Shown here one piece after another: positions 9,092 to 19,344 of a stretch of DNA of 64,000 bases. Under the pieces are notes generated by a model, which saw only the letters and a program-made list of their open reading frames with translations, was not told the origin of the DNA and did no database searches. Both the position numbers and the translations under genes were made by a program. This stretch comes from Deltaproteobacteria bacterium (lineage in GTDB: Bacteria; Bdellovibrionota_B; Oligoflexia; Oligoflexales; CAIYRB01), in the NCBI GenBank assembly GCA_016874735.1, contig VGTI01000001.1:212466-276465 (forward strand). Direction: 5' to 3'. How positions within the stretch are numbered: the stretch's first letter is position 1; the number at the start of each line of letters is the position of its first letter.

Positions 9092-12000
9092 TGCCTATGC
9101 GTGCAGAGCTCCGAGCACTTGGTAGAGCGCCCAAAGTTCTTTTACTCGGTTCTGGTGGACTGTCGATCGGTCAAGCAGGCGAGTTTGACTACTCTGGTAC
9201 GCAGGCCGTTAAGGCGCTGACGGAGCAGGGATGCGAGGTCATCCTGGTCAATCCGAATATTGCCACTGTACAGACGAGTCCAGAGCCCCATGTCAAAGTC
9301 TACCTTTATCCGGTCGAGCCAGAGTGGGTCGAAAAGATCATCGCCAAGGAACACCCCGATGCCATAGTCGCAGGATTTGGCGGTCAGACTGCTCTCAATT
9401 GTCTCATTGCTCTGCATGATCGGAATATTCTGGCTAAATATAATGTGCTGAATCTCGGGACGTCGGTCGCGACCTTGAAGATGACTGAGGATCGCGACCT
9501 TTTTGCGCAAAAAATGCGCGAGATTGCGATTCCCGTACCACCTAGTCACGCGGTGACTAGTCTCGCTGCCGCAGAGGCAGCAGCAGGTGCGATTGGTTAT
9601 CCTGTTATCGTCCGTGCGGCTTATGCCCTTGGAGGCCTTGGGTCGGGATTCGCCAATAATGCGTCGGAGCTCGCTGCACTAGTTGTTCCTGCATTGGCCA
9701 ATTCACCCCAGGTGCTGGTGGAGAAATCGCTGAAGGGCTGGAAAGAAGTTGAGTACGAGGTCATGCGCGATGGTGAGGGGAATATCATCACCATCTGCAA
9801 TATGGAAAATTTTGACCCTCTCGGAATTCACACCGGCGACTCTATTGTGGTGTGTCCAAGTCAGACGCTCTCGGACGATGAGTATCAGATTTTACGCAAT
9901 GCCGCGCAGAGGATCGTCGAAGCCTGTGGCATCGTCGGAGAATGTAACGTCCAGTATGCACTGGATCCATTCAGTCACCAGTTCTATGTGATCGAAATCA
10001 ACGCAAGGCTGTCGCGCTCGTCAGCTTTGGCTAGCAAAGCCTCTGGCTATCCTATCGCCTATGTGGCGGCTAAAGTCGTCCTTGGACACGATCTCTTAGA
10101 GTTAATCAATCCGGTGACTGGCGTCACCTACGCCTACTTTGAACCGGCGCTTGATTACGTGACGATCAAAGTGCCACGTTGGGATTTGGTTAAATTCCGC
10201 GGTGCCTCCAGACTTCTAGGTTCGACGATGAAGTCGGTGGGCGAAGTGATGGCTATAGGGCGGAGTTTCCCGGAGGCGATTCAAAAAGCCGTCCGCATGG
10301 TGACCGAGCTTGGCGAGGGTCTCAGTGCTTTTAGGACATCGTCGGAAAGCGAGTTGGAGGCGGCTCTTTCACAGCCGACTGATACGCGTCTCTATGCTGT
10401 GCTGAATGCGTTGCGGCTTGGATGGGATATCGAAAAAATTCATGCTTTGACGGCCATTGATAAATGGTTTCTGGCAAATCTGCGTGAAATCACCACACTT
10501 GAACGTGAAGTTGTCGACCGCGCACGACGGACGTCCCCAGAGAGCGACAACGAGGCGTTTTTGCGAGCGGTGTTCGATGGGATGGATAAGGCTTCCTGGC
10601 GTCGCCTGAAAACGGCCGGATTTGGCGACGAGCAGTTGGCAGCATTGGTTTTACATGCGGCGCGCCGGGACACTAAACTATCAGAAAAGGCAATTCAGGC
10701 TGGATCGCGCGTTGTCAGGGAGCTGCGAAAACAACATGGCGTTGTTCCCTATGTCAAAAAGATCGATACCACGGCTGGTGAATATCCCTCGCCCTCCAAT
10801 TACCTCTACATGTCCTATGTGGGTATGTTTCATGATCAGTTGCCAGATGATGGTAAGGACTCCATCGTCGTATTGGGTAGCGGCGCCTACCGTATCGGTA
10901 CGAGTGTAGAGTTTGACTGGTGTGCGGTGAGTTGTAGCCGTGAGCTGCAGCGGGCCGGATGGCGTAGTGTCATCATCAACTGCAATCCTGAGACGGTGTC
11001 GACGGACTACAATAGTTCTGATCGGTTGTTTTTTGAGGAAATGACGCTCGAGCGTATCTTGGATATTTGCGAACTGGAGCAGCCAACTGGCGTGATTGCC
11101 TGCATGGGGGGGCAACTACCCAACAAGCTGGCGCTGCCACTAGCTGCGTCTGGCGTGCGCCTCTTAGGGCACAGTCCAGAAACCATCGATATGGCGGAGA
11201 ATCGCAGTCTATTCTCGGCGCTGCTCGATAAACTTGGGATTGACCAACCGCGATGGGTTGCTGCCACAACGCAAGCTGACGTCGACAAATTCATTAGTGA
11301 GGTCGGGTTCCCTGTCCTGGTACGTCCCAGCTACGTGCTCTCAGGAGCGGCCATGCGCGTGGCCTTTGATGCGGCATCTTTGGCCCAATCATTAGCGGTT
11401 GCGATCGACATCTCGACGGATCATCCAGTAGTCATCTCGGAGTTTCTCCTCGGAGCGCGGGAGATCGAGTTGGATGGTATCGCCAAAGATGGCGAGATCC
11501 TGACATCCATAGTTAGTGAACATATTGAAAATGCGGGCGTCCACTCTGGCGATGCGACGATGGTGGTACCGGCGCAGCGGCTCTATGTTGAGACAGTCAG
11601 GAGGGTACGAGGAGCGGCGCGGCTTATTGCGCGTGGCCTAAACTTGAACGGTCCCTTCAACATTCAGTTCTTAGCCAGGCAGAACCACATTAAGGTCATC
11701 GAATGTAATGCACGCGCCGCAAGGTCGTTCCCGTTCGTGTCAAAGGTTGTGGGATTAAACTTAGCCGACGCAGCTACATCCTTAATGATTGGTGTTAAGC
11801 CGGCCATGTTGCGGTTGCCCGAGGATGACTTGCCGCATGTTGGTGTCAAGGCTCCGATGTTCAGTTTCACGCGGTTAGCTGGGGCTGACCCTGTGCTCGG
11901 TGTGGAGATGGCCTCGACGGGGGAGGTGGGATGTATCGGTCGGTCGTTCGACGAGGCTTTACTACTCTCCCTGGAAGCGGCGAAGTGTCGTAGGCCGCGG

Positions 12001-12420
12001 AAGGGTATCCTGGTTTCAGCCGGCCCCGAGAGCGAGAAGCTAAAGTTCCTCGAATGTGCAGAATTTTTCGCCAAGACATCACTTCCCCTATTCGCCACCG
12101 CGGGTACGGCTGACTACCTGGAAAAGCACGGATTCCGAGTGACTCGACTCGCGTGGCCCGGTGAGGCAAAGGGTGGCATGGATGTCATTCGTGCCATTAA
12201 AGAGGGGCTTGTTGACTTGGTCATCAATGTGCCTAAGGCGCTGCAGTCGCAGGAGTTGAGTTACGGTGCACAGATCAGGCAGGCAGCAGTCCAATTTGGT
12301 AGCTCGCTTTTAACCAACATGGAGTCGACCATAGTCTTCTGTCATGCCTTAGCGCGAAATCCAGATTTTGCCCAAGTTCACGAGGTCTTACCGTTGCCAG
12401 CCTATCGCAGCCAAGGCTGA
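9091..12420 (+). CDS. carB: Carbamoyl-phosphate synthase large subunit
   Basis: 1109 aa with duplicated ATP-grasp halves (GQAGEFDYSGTQA..., and a second GSGAYRIGTSVEFDWC) and an MGS-like C-terminus. Confidence 0.97.
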   Translation: MPMRAELRALGRAPKVLLLGSGGLSIGQAGEFDYSGTQAVKALTEQGCEVILVNPNIATVQTSPEPHVKVYLYPVEPEWVEKIIAKEHPDAIVAGFGGQTALNCLIALHDRNILAKYNVLNLGTSVATLKMTEDRDLFAQKMREIAIPVPPSHAVTSLAAAEAAAGAIGYPVIVRAAYALGGLGSGFANNASELAALVVPALANSPQVLVEKSLKGWKEVEYEVMRDGEGNIITICNMENFDPLGIHTGDSIVVCPSQTLSDDEYQILRNAAQRIVEACGIVGECNVQYALDPFSHQFYVIEINARLSRSSALASKASGYPIAYVAAKVVLGHDLLELINPVTGVTYAYFEPALDYVTIKVPRWDLVKFRGASRLLGSTMKSVGEVMAIGRSFPEAIQKAVRMVTELGEGLSAFRTSSESELEAALSQPTDTRLYAVLNALRLGWDIEKIHALTAIDKWFLANLREITTLEREVVDRARRTSPESDNEAFLRAVFDGMDKASWRRLKTAGFGDEQLAALVLHAARRDTKLSEKAIQAGSRVVRELRKQHGVVPYVKKIDTTAGEYPSPSNYLYMSYVGMFHDQLPDDGKDSIVVLGSGAYRIGTSVEFDWCAVSCSRELQRAGWRSVIINCNPETVSTDYNSSDRLFFEEMTLERILDICELEQPTGVIACMGGQLPNKLALPLAASGVRLLGHSPETIDMAENRSLFSALLDKLGIDQPRWVAATTQADVDKFISEVGFPVLVRPSYVLSGAAMRVAFDAASLAQSLAVAIDISTDHPVVISEFLLGAREIELDGIAKDGEILTSIVSEHIENAGVHSGDATMVVPAQRLYVETVRRVRGAARLIARGLNLNGPFNIQFLARQNHIKVIECNARAARSFPFVSKVVGLNLADAATSLMIGVKPAMLRLPEDDLPHVGVKAPMFSFTRLAGADPVLGVEMASTGEVGCIGRSFDEALLLSLEAAKCRRPRKGILVSAGPESEKLKFLECAEFFAKTSLPLFATAGTADYLEKHGFRVTRLAWPGEAKGGMDVIRAIKEGLVDLVINVPKALQSQELSYGAQIRQAAVQFGSSLLTNMESTIVFCHALARNPDFAQVHEVLPLPAYRSQG

Positions 12421-12457
12421 ATCGGTGAGACCCAGGGGAGCCTTGTTGATCTTTTGA

Positions 12458-12486
12458 TTGACAGGCTCGCCGTGGACATTTAACTA
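12458..12486 (+). promoter_or_regulatory. Candidate sigma70-type promoter for the tRNA
   Basis: TTGACA (12458-12463), 17-nt spacer, then TAACTA (12481-12486), about 18 nt before the tRNA 5' end. The -10 element is weak. Confidence 0.3.
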
Positions 12487-12503
12487 CTTAGGCTCACTTC
12501 CCT

Positions 12504-12580
12504 GGTGGGGTAGCTCAGCTGGTTAGAGCGATGGATTCATAACCCATAGGTCGCGAGTTCAAGTCTCGCCCTCACCACCA
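12504..12580 (+). tRNA. tRNA with CAU anticodon (elongator Met, or Ile2 if lysidine-modified), with encoded CCA
   Basis: Cloverleaf drawn by hand. Acceptor GGTGGGG/CCTCACC (one G-U). D arm GCTC-AGCTGGTTA-GAGC. Anticodon loop TTCATAA. T arm GCGAG-TTCAAGT-CTCGC. Discriminator A plus CCA. Confidence 0.9.
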
Positions 12581-12790
12581 TTCATCCTATAAATTCCAAT
12601 AACTTATAGTTGTCGCACCGGGGTACTTGGCGTGTCTCCTTGAGGCCATATTGGAACACTCTACTATTATTTTATTTTTATTATATTTTATAGTTTATTT
12701 TAAAAAATAAAGATAAATAATTGACAAACTCATTGTAGTTAAATAAAAGCCGCCTCGCAGTTTTCGTTCTTAATAGAACTCGAGGCAATC

Positions 12791-14554
12791 ATGCTTAACT
12801 TTCGCAATGCTTCTTTAGTGACTGTGTTATTATTAATGGCATCTTGCGCCAAACAAGACGGTGCGGGCGATGGTCAGCCCAACGGGATCAATCCCGACTT
12901 GGCAGCCGAGTACGACCGATTACCGGCCAACGTGCTGGTCGGGGTACGTGACGACGGCGAAACGAGGGAGTTACGAGTACCCCCTGATGGAGCCGTAATC
13001 ACCGATGCTGCATCAGCCCTAGCCGCTTTTGAGACGGGTTCCGACGCTAAAGTGAGCGCGGTCTCAAGCGAATTGGATCGCACCAGCTCCGAACCCTCTT
13101 GGGCACCGCTTCAGGGCCTACTCGGCTTCGGCGCCTATGTGCCGCAGGTGTATTCCACAGTCAACGTTGGCTACACCTTCAACTATGGCTACAGCAATGT
13201 CTACCAGACTGGTGGGTATTCGATTTACTCCTACAAAAAACCTGTGTGCAGTCCTCCTTATTGCAGCACGGCTGGCGGTGGCATAGGGGGGGGTGGCATT
13301 GGTGGAATCGGTGGTCATATTTCTAAGTACGATGAGGCGTTGCAAAAAGCCCTTAAAAAATATGGGGTATACGCTGTCGGTGACAAAGAATTCTACCGTG
13401 GTAGCAAAGAGAAATATGCCTTAGGTGAGCGCCTTTTCAACGATCCCATTCTCTCCACATCGAACGGAGTCTCATGCGCATCGTGTCATGTGGCAAGTCA
13501 GGGGAGCACGATCTGGACGAGCTTTTCTCCAACTGGTTATGTGATCTCGGGCGAAAAGAAGGGGGCGGTGACGGTGCAGGATCTTCTGCCCCGCAATCCC
13601 CCAGCCCTCTACAACCTTGGTCACTCATCGTTCCGCAATTTGTTCTGGGATAGCCGCGTTGCGGCAGCACCACACGGCGTGAATGGGTACATTACCCCGG
13701 CCGGAGTCGAAACACCTCCCGGCCTAGATAACGCACTCGCGGCACAAGCACTTTTCCCTATGGCGTCGGAAAAGGAAATGGCTGGATGTGCAGCCTACGT
13801 TAACAATACCAACCAGTCTCGTTCGTACACGGATATCTGGAAGGAAATTATGGCGCGAGTACTCAGCAAGAAAGAGTACCAGGCTATGTTTAGTGCGGCT
13901 TTCCCGGAGCTGGGTGGAGGTGGCTTTGGTATCCAGCACTTGGCGAACGCGATTGCCGCCTATGAATCCGAACGCTTCTTAGCCATCAACAGCCCGTTTG
14001 ATAAGTATCTCCGTGGTGACTATAGTGCCTTGACGGAAAACCAAAAGCGCGGCGCCGTTTATTTCTACGGCAAAGGCGGTTGTGGGCCTTGCCACTCTGG
14101 TCCGTTCCAAACAGACTATCTCCATCACGGTGTCGCTGTGGTCCAAATTGGCCCTGGCGAGGGCGATGGTCCGAAGAAGTGGGATGACTTTGGGTACGGT
14201 CGTGTGACCCATAATCCTAAAGACAATTGGAAGTTTAGAACCGTGCCCTTACGTAACATCACCCATACAGGACCATGGGGGCATGACGGTGCCTACGGAA
14301 CACTCTTCTCCTTTGTACAGCATTACTCTAATCCGGTGGCAGCCTTTGATAAATGGAGCCCCTCAGAAGTAATCATGCCCAAAGGATTCGGTCTGATGCC
14401 GGAAGTGATTGCTCCCTGGTACGACAAGAAGATGGCGAAAGGAATCAAGGCCGCTAATGATGCTAAACCAAATCGTTTGGGTAAGCATGAAGTGGAAGCC
14501 ATGATCGATTTCCTAACCACGCTGACCGATCACAAGTCCATCGGCTCGAAGTGA
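12791..14554 (+). CDS. Di-haem cytochrome c peroxidase / MauG-family lipoprotein with an N-terminal low-complexity extension
   Basis: Lipobox LLMASC. Two CxxCH motifs (CASCH, CGPCH). FWDSRV, QALFPMASEKEM and FRTVPLRNITHTGPWGHDGAY are typical of the CCP/MauG family. Confidence 0.85.
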   Translation: MLNFRNASLVTVLLLMASCAKQDGAGDGQPNGINPDLAAEYDRLPANVLVGVRDDGETRELRVPPDGAVITDAASALAAFETGSDAKVSAVSSELDRTSSEPSWAPLQGLLGFGAYVPQVYSTVNVGYTFNYGYSNVYQTGGYSIYSYKKPVCSPPYCSTAGGGIGGGGIGGIGGHISKYDEALQKALKKYGVYAVGDKEFYRGSKEKYALGERLFNDPILSTSNGVSCASCHVASQGSTIWTSFSPTGYVISGEKKGAVTVQDLLPRNPPALYNLGHSSFRNLFWDSRVAAAPHGVNGYITPAGVETPPGLDNALAAQALFPMASEKEMAGCAAYVNNTNQSRSYTDIWKEIMARVLSKKEYQAMFSAAFPELGGGGFGIQHLANAIAAYESERFLAINSPFDKYLRGDYSALTENQKRGAVYFYGKGGCGPCHSGPFQTDYLHHGVAVVQIGPGEGDGPKKWDDFGYGRVTHNPKDNWKFRTVPLRNITHTGPWGHDGAYGTLFSFVQHYSNPVAAFDKWSPSEVIMPKGFGLMPEVIAPWYDKKMAKGIKAANDAKPNRLGKHEVEAMIDFLTTLTDHKSIGSK

Positions 14555-14560
14555 TATAAC

Positions 14561-14601
14561 GACAAAGAAGCCGGGAGCGTCCTGCTCCCGGCTTCTTTGT
14601 C
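14561..14601 (+). terminator. Intrinsic-terminator-like hairpin after the peroxidase gene
   Basis: Perfect 18-bp stem GACAAAGAAGCCGGGAGC / GCTCCCGGCTTCTTTGTC with a 5-nt loop. The 3' arm is T-rich. Confidence 0.7.
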
Positions 14602-14805
14602 GTCCTTAGCTTTTACAAAACTTTGACTAATCAAATTTTCCCGATTCATGTGAAAAATAATCAGCAAAAATAGGCATTTCTTTTTCATTCCTAAAATGAA
14701 TCTTTAAAATAGAAATTATATACTTTCATATATTGGCCGCTTGGCCGACGGTGATGGTGCTTTTTTACATCCAGCATTTCTAGCTTGAAGTGGGAAGTAC
14801 CTATC

Positions 14806-17800
14806 ATGACGTTACAAAACCAGCGGCAAGGCCTCTATGACCCCCGATTTGAGCGCGATGGCTGCGGTATTGGAGCCATAGTCAACATGCGTGGAGAGCG
14901 TACCCATACTGTGGTACGTCAGGCGTTGATGATACTCCAAAACCTAAGGCATCGGGGCGCTACGGGCTACGATGCTGAGACTGGTGACGGTGCAGGGATC
15001 ATCCTGCAGAAGCCTCATGATTTCCTACTCGAGATCGCAGAGGGCAGCGGTATCAGTCTGCCGGCGGCCAGTGACTATGCGGTGGGCATGGTTTTTCTGC
15101 CCACTGAGGAATCTCAGCAGCAGACGATTTGGGATACCTTCCAGTCGCAAACGGAGCGCGTAGGACTCGAGTGGCTTGGAACACGCGTGGTGCCTGTAGA
15201 TCCCAGCGTCCTTGGTGAAGCCGCATCGGCCGTGCAACCAGCTGTGTTTCAAATCTTTATCGGACGCGGAAGTGCCAGGGATGAGTTGGCGTTTAACCGC
15301 AGCTTGTATCTGGCCCGGCGTTTGAGCGAGAAAATTATTGGCGCTCAAATAGGCGGTGCCAATGAATCGTTCCATGTCGCCAGCCTTTCGGTAAGTACCA
15401 TTGTATATAAAGGTATGCTACTTCCTGAGCAGGTCTCCTCGTACTACGTCGACCTGACTGATCCGCGCCTAACATCAGCTTTGGCGGCTGTCCATTCTCG
15501 CTTCAGCACTAATACCTTCCCGGCGTGGCGCCTTGCTCATCCATTTCGTTGGCTCTGTCACAATGGTGAGATCAACACCATTCGAGGCAACGTGAATTGG
15601 TTTAGGGCGAGGGAGGTCAGCCTAGCCAATGAACTTTTCGGCGAGTTCGCGGAGGAGTTACGTCCTTTAATTCGCGCTGATCAGAGTGATTCGGCGTGTC
15701 TCGATGATGCTGTTGAGCTACTCGTGCTTACGGGCCGCAGCGTCGACGAGGCTCTGCGCCTCTTAGTGCCCGAGGCATGGCAGAAAAATAGCTTCCTAGA
15801 TCAGGCTAGGCGTGCTCACTGCGAGTACAATGCTACGCTTATGGAGCCATGGGACGGACCTGCAGCGCTTTGCTTTACCGATGGTGTCAAACTTGGCGTT
15901 GCGCTTGATCGCAGTGGACTGCGTCCTTGTCGGTATACGGTGACGACTGACGATACGGTGATTCTCGCCTCGGAGGCAGGGGTCCTCCAAGTACCCGCCG
16001 ATCGTGTGAAGGTTTGGGGCAAATTACGCCCTGGTGAGATGATGTTGATCGATACCAAGCAACATCGCATCATTAGTGACTTTGACTTGAAATCTGAAGC
16101 AGCAGCAAAATTTGATTATGTAGGGTGGGCGGAACGGCACATCACCCAGCTTGAACCACGAGATCCCCAAATTAGTGCTGAAAATATTCTAGAGCTCAGC
16201 CGCCAACAGGCAGCGTTCGCTTATACGCGCGAAGAGCTTAGTATGGTTTTAGCTTCCATCGCTCAGAGCGGCGATGAGTTAGTCACTTCTATGGGTGATG
16301 ATACGCCGCTCGCTATTTTATCGCAGCGTTCACGCTTATTGTTTGATTACCTCAAGCAGCAATTTGCCCAGGTGACAAATCCGCCGATCGATCCCCTGCG
16401 GGAAGATATGGTGATGTCACTCACTATGTATCTAGGTACCAAAGGTAATCTTGCGGCACCGCCTTCATCATCCGCGTTACTGGTGAAAATCGAATCGCCT
16501 ATATTGACACCTGGAGAGCTAGACTCACTTGAGCGGATCCCCGCACTCAAGACTTGTAAACTGTCGACGCTCTTCTCGCCTGCAACCGGTGTTGCTGGTA
16601 TGCGGATGGCGCTATGCGAGTTGGTTGACGACGCTGTCAAGCAGGTTCGTTGTGGTGCAGCATTGGTGGTTCTTAGTGATCGGGGTGTAGACGCTGCTCA
16701 TGCCGCGATCCCAAGTGTGTTAGCAGTTTCTGCGGTACACCATGAACTAGTTAAACTTGGTCTGAGGACGCGAGCTGATATTATTATAGAGACTGGAGAG
16801 GCTCGCAGTCCGCACCATTTTGCCTGTTTAATTGGCTACGGTGCTGCGGCGGTGGTTCCTTATTTAGCTTTGGCTTCTATCCAAGGTCTCTTTGCTAACG
16901 GTGATCTTGCTGCGACTTTAACATACGACTCGGCCGTGAAGTCGTTTCTTAAAGGTAGCCAAAAGGGCCTCCTTAAGATCATGTCCAAGATGGGCATCAC
17001 GACGCTGCAGTCCTACTGTGGAGCGCAGATCTTTGAGGCGCTTGGTCTATCGCCCCAACTCGTCGATGATTTTTTCCCTGGGACGTCCAGCCGCCTTGCG
17101 GGCCTAACTTTTGACGATTTGGCGCGGGAAACGATCGGACGACATCGGCAGAGTTTTGACCGTAGTCGTCCGAGTGAAGAATTGCCGCTACCCGGCGGTT
17201 TTATACACTATAGATTTGGCGGCGAGCAGCACGCATGGAGTCCCGAGGCCATAGCCAAACTCCAGCAGGCAACGGCAACGGGTAGTTTTGCGGCATATGC
17301 CGACTTTAGTAAACTTGCCAATGCCGAGATGGCAGCGCCCACTGCCTTGCGTCATTTACTGACACCGCTCAAGCAAAGAACAAAAGTTGATCTGGCGGCA
17401 GTTGAGCCAGCAGCAGAAATCGTCAAGCGCTTCACCACGGGTGCCATGTCTCTCGGAGCTATCAGTCAGGAGTCACACGAGGCTCTGGCTATCGCGATGA
17501 ACCGCATCGGTGGCAAGAGTAACACCGGTGAGGGGGGTGAGGATCCTGCTAGGTTCCAACCGGAGTCACCAACGCTGTCGCGTAATTCAGCGATCAAGCA
17601 GGTGGCATCAGGGCGCTTTGGTGTCACGGTTCATTACCTAACCAACGCGGACGAGATTCAAATTAAAATTGCCCAGGGAGCGAAACCCGGCGAGGGTGGG
17701 CAGTTGCCTGGACATAAAGTCGATCAGCAAATTGCCAAGCTGCGCCACTCCACTCCTGGAGTCCAGCTTATCTCGCCGCCACCTCACCATGACATCTATT

Positions 17801-19344
17801 CTATCGAGGATCTGGCGCAGCTGATTTTTGATCTCAAGAGTGCTAATCCCCGCGCTCGGGTTTCGGTAAAATTAGTTTCCGAGGCTGGTATCGGCGCGGT
17901 CGCGGTTGGTGTGGCCAAGGCCGGTGCGGATAAGATCCTTGTTGCTGGAGATAACGGCGGCACAGGCGCATCGCCACTCAGCTCAATCAAACATGCAGGT
18001 GCGCCTTGGGAAGTCGGTCTGGCCGAGGTTCACCAAACTCTCTTGGTCAATCGACTACGAGACCGGGTCGTCATTGAAACTGATGGCCAACTCCGCACTG
18101 GTCGTGATGTCGTAATCGCGGCAGCTCTGGGAGCTGATGAATTCGGATTCTCGACGGCACCCCTGATAGTTCAAGGCTGCATTATGATGCGCAAATGCCA
18201 CTTGAACACTTGCCCCGTTGGTATTGCAACTCAGGATCCAGTGTTGCGCAAGCGCTTCAGTGGCAAACCTGAACATGTGATCAACTATTTCTTTTTTGTA
18301 GCTGAGGAGGTCCGCACATGGATGGCGGATCTGGGTATCACAAGTTTTGCCGATTTAGTCGGTCGCACTGATCTCATCGGCCAAAGGCGTGTTGAGGGAC
18401 CTGGCAAAGCGCGTCATCTAGATTTATCGCCGCTACTACACAAGCCGCAGTTGACGCCTAAATTTACCAAGCGCAGCGGTGGCTATGCTCCGGATACCTA
18501 CGATGACTCTTTGGTGCAACAATGTCGCCCGGCCCTTGATGATCGCACTCCGGTGGTGCTGTCACGGCGTATAAACAATGCGCGCCGCGCTACAGGTACG
18601 CTACTATCCGGCGAAGTCGCGCGGCGCTATGGGGCGGACGGCTTGCCTGACAATAGCATCACACTTCGGTTTGAAGGCATCGCGGGCCAGTCCTTTGGTG
18701 CTTTTCTGGCTCCAGGAATTACGGCCAATTTGATCGGCGCTGCTAATGATTACGTTGGTAAGGGGCTTAGTGGCGGGCGTATTGTGATTATCCCGCCTAA
18801 GCAAGCTCAGTTTATCGATGATGTGCCGGTGGTCATCGGTAACACGACATTATACGGTGCCACCTCTGGTTCAATCTATGCGGCAGGCGCCGCAGGTGAG
18901 CGCTTTGCTGTCCGCAATAGCGGTGCATTTGCCGTAGTGGAGGGTGTTGGCGACCATGGTTGCGAATACATGACCGGTGGCGTTGTTGTAGTGCTTGGTG
19001 CCGTAGGGCGCAATTTTGCCGCGGGCATGTCAGGTGGTGTGGCCTATGTACTCGACACCGATGGACTGTTCCATCTGCGCTTGAATCCTGGTCTGGTCGA
19101 GACTAGCCGACTCTCAGTCGCCGGGGACGAGGCGGATGTGGCACTGTTGCGCCAGATGATTCATCGGCATATTTCTCACACTCAAAGCGCCAGAGCACAG
19201 GCGATCATGACAAATTGGGAATGGCACGTAGCAAAGTTTGTGAAAATTTCCCCAAAGTCGGATGGTGCCTCAGCCAGTAAAAAATCGGTGCGTGTCAAAT
19301 CAACCAAAAGATCCGTCGGCCATGAGGTGCAAAGTCATGTCTGA
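14806..19344 (+). CDS. gltB: Glutamate synthase large subunit
   Basis: Ntn-amidotransferase start ...ERDGCGIG, an FMN/Fe-S central region and a GXGXG C-terminal beta-helix. I prefer the ATG at 14806 over the upstream TTG at 14785. Confidence 0.96.
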   Translation: MTLQNQRQGLYDPRFERDGCGIGAIVNMRGERTHTVVRQALMILQNLRHRGATGYDAETGDGAGIILQKPHDFLLEIAEGSGISLPAASDYAVGMVFLPTEESQQQTIWDTFQSQTERVGLEWLGTRVVPVDPSVLGEAASAVQPAVFQIFIGRGSARDELAFNRSLYLARRLSEKIIGAQIGGANESFHVASLSVSTIVYKGMLLPEQVSSYYVDLTDPRLTSALAAVHSRFSTNTFPAWRLAHPFRWLCHNGEINTIRGNVNWFRAREVSLANELFGEFAEELRPLIRADQSDSACLDDAVELLVLTGRSVDEALRLLVPEAWQKNSFLDQARRAHCEYNATLMEPWDGPAALCFTDGVKLGVALDRSGLRPCRYTVTTDDTVILASEAGVLQVPADRVKVWGKLRPGEMMLIDTKQHRIISDFDLKSEAAAKFDYVGWAERHITQLEPRDPQISAENILELSRQQAAFAYTREELSMVLASIAQSGDELVTSMGDDTPLAILSQRSRLLFDYLKQQFAQVTNPPIDPLREDMVMSLTMYLGTKGNLAAPPSSSALLVKIESPILTPGELDSLERIPALKTCKLSTLFSPATGVAGMRMALCELVDDAVKQVRCGAALVVLSDRGVDAAHAAIPSVLAVSAVHHELVKLGLRTRADIIIETGEARSPHHFACLIGYGAAAVVPYLALASIQGLFANGDLAATLTYDSAVKSFLKGSQKGLLKIMSKMGITTLQSYCGAQIFEALGLSPQLVDDFFPGTSSRLAGLTFDDLARETIGRHRQSFDRSRPSEELPLPGGFIHYRFGGEQHAWSPEAIAKLQQATATGSFAAYADFSKLANAEMAAPTALRHLLTPLKQRTKVDLAAVEPAAEIVKRFTTGAMSLGAISQESHEALAIAMNRIGGKSNTGEGGEDPARFQPESPTLSRNSAIKQVASGRFGVTVHYLTNADEIQIKIAQGAKPGEGGQLPGHKVDQQIAKLRHSTPGVQLISPPPHHDIYSIEDLAQLIFDLKSANPRARVSVKLVSEAGIGAVAVGVAKAGADKILVAGDNGGTGASPLSSIKHAGAPWEVGLAEVHQTLLVNRLRDRVVIETDGQLRTGRDVVIAAALGADEFGFSTAPLIVQGCIMMRKCHLNTCPVGIATQDPVLRKRFSGKPEHVINYFFFVAEEVRTWMADLGITSFADLVGRTDLIGQRRVEGPGKARHLDLSPLLHKPQLTPKFTKRSGGYAPDTYDDSLVQQCRPALDDRTPVVLSRRINNARRATGTLLSGEVARRYGADGLPDNSITLRFEGIAGQSFGAFLAPGITANLIGAANDYVGKGLSGGRIVIIPPKQAQFIDDVPVVIGNTTLYGATSGSIYAAGAAGERFAVRNSGAFAVVEGVGDHGCEYMTGGVVVVLGAVGRNFAAGMSGGVAYVLDTDGLFHLRLNPGLVETSRLSVAGDEADVALLRQMIHRHISHTQSARAQAIMTNWEWHVAKFVKISPKSDGASASKKSVRVKSTKRSVGHEVQSHV

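Noticed and set aside
12504-12790. The tRNA as the attachment site of an integrated element.
   Set aside because: I found no integrase gene nearby and no second copy of the tRNA 3' end in the window by eye. The downstream genes (peroxidase, gltBD) look chromosomal.
14785-14805. N-terminal extensions in the ORF track: gltB from the TTG at 14785, gltD from 19262, thiC from 46244, prmA from 37360 and the M48 gene from 46338.
   Set aside because: In each case a downstream in-frame ATG gives the canonical conserved N-terminus, and often a gene-junction overlap or an RBS. The extensions overlap upstream genes or carry no conserved sequence.
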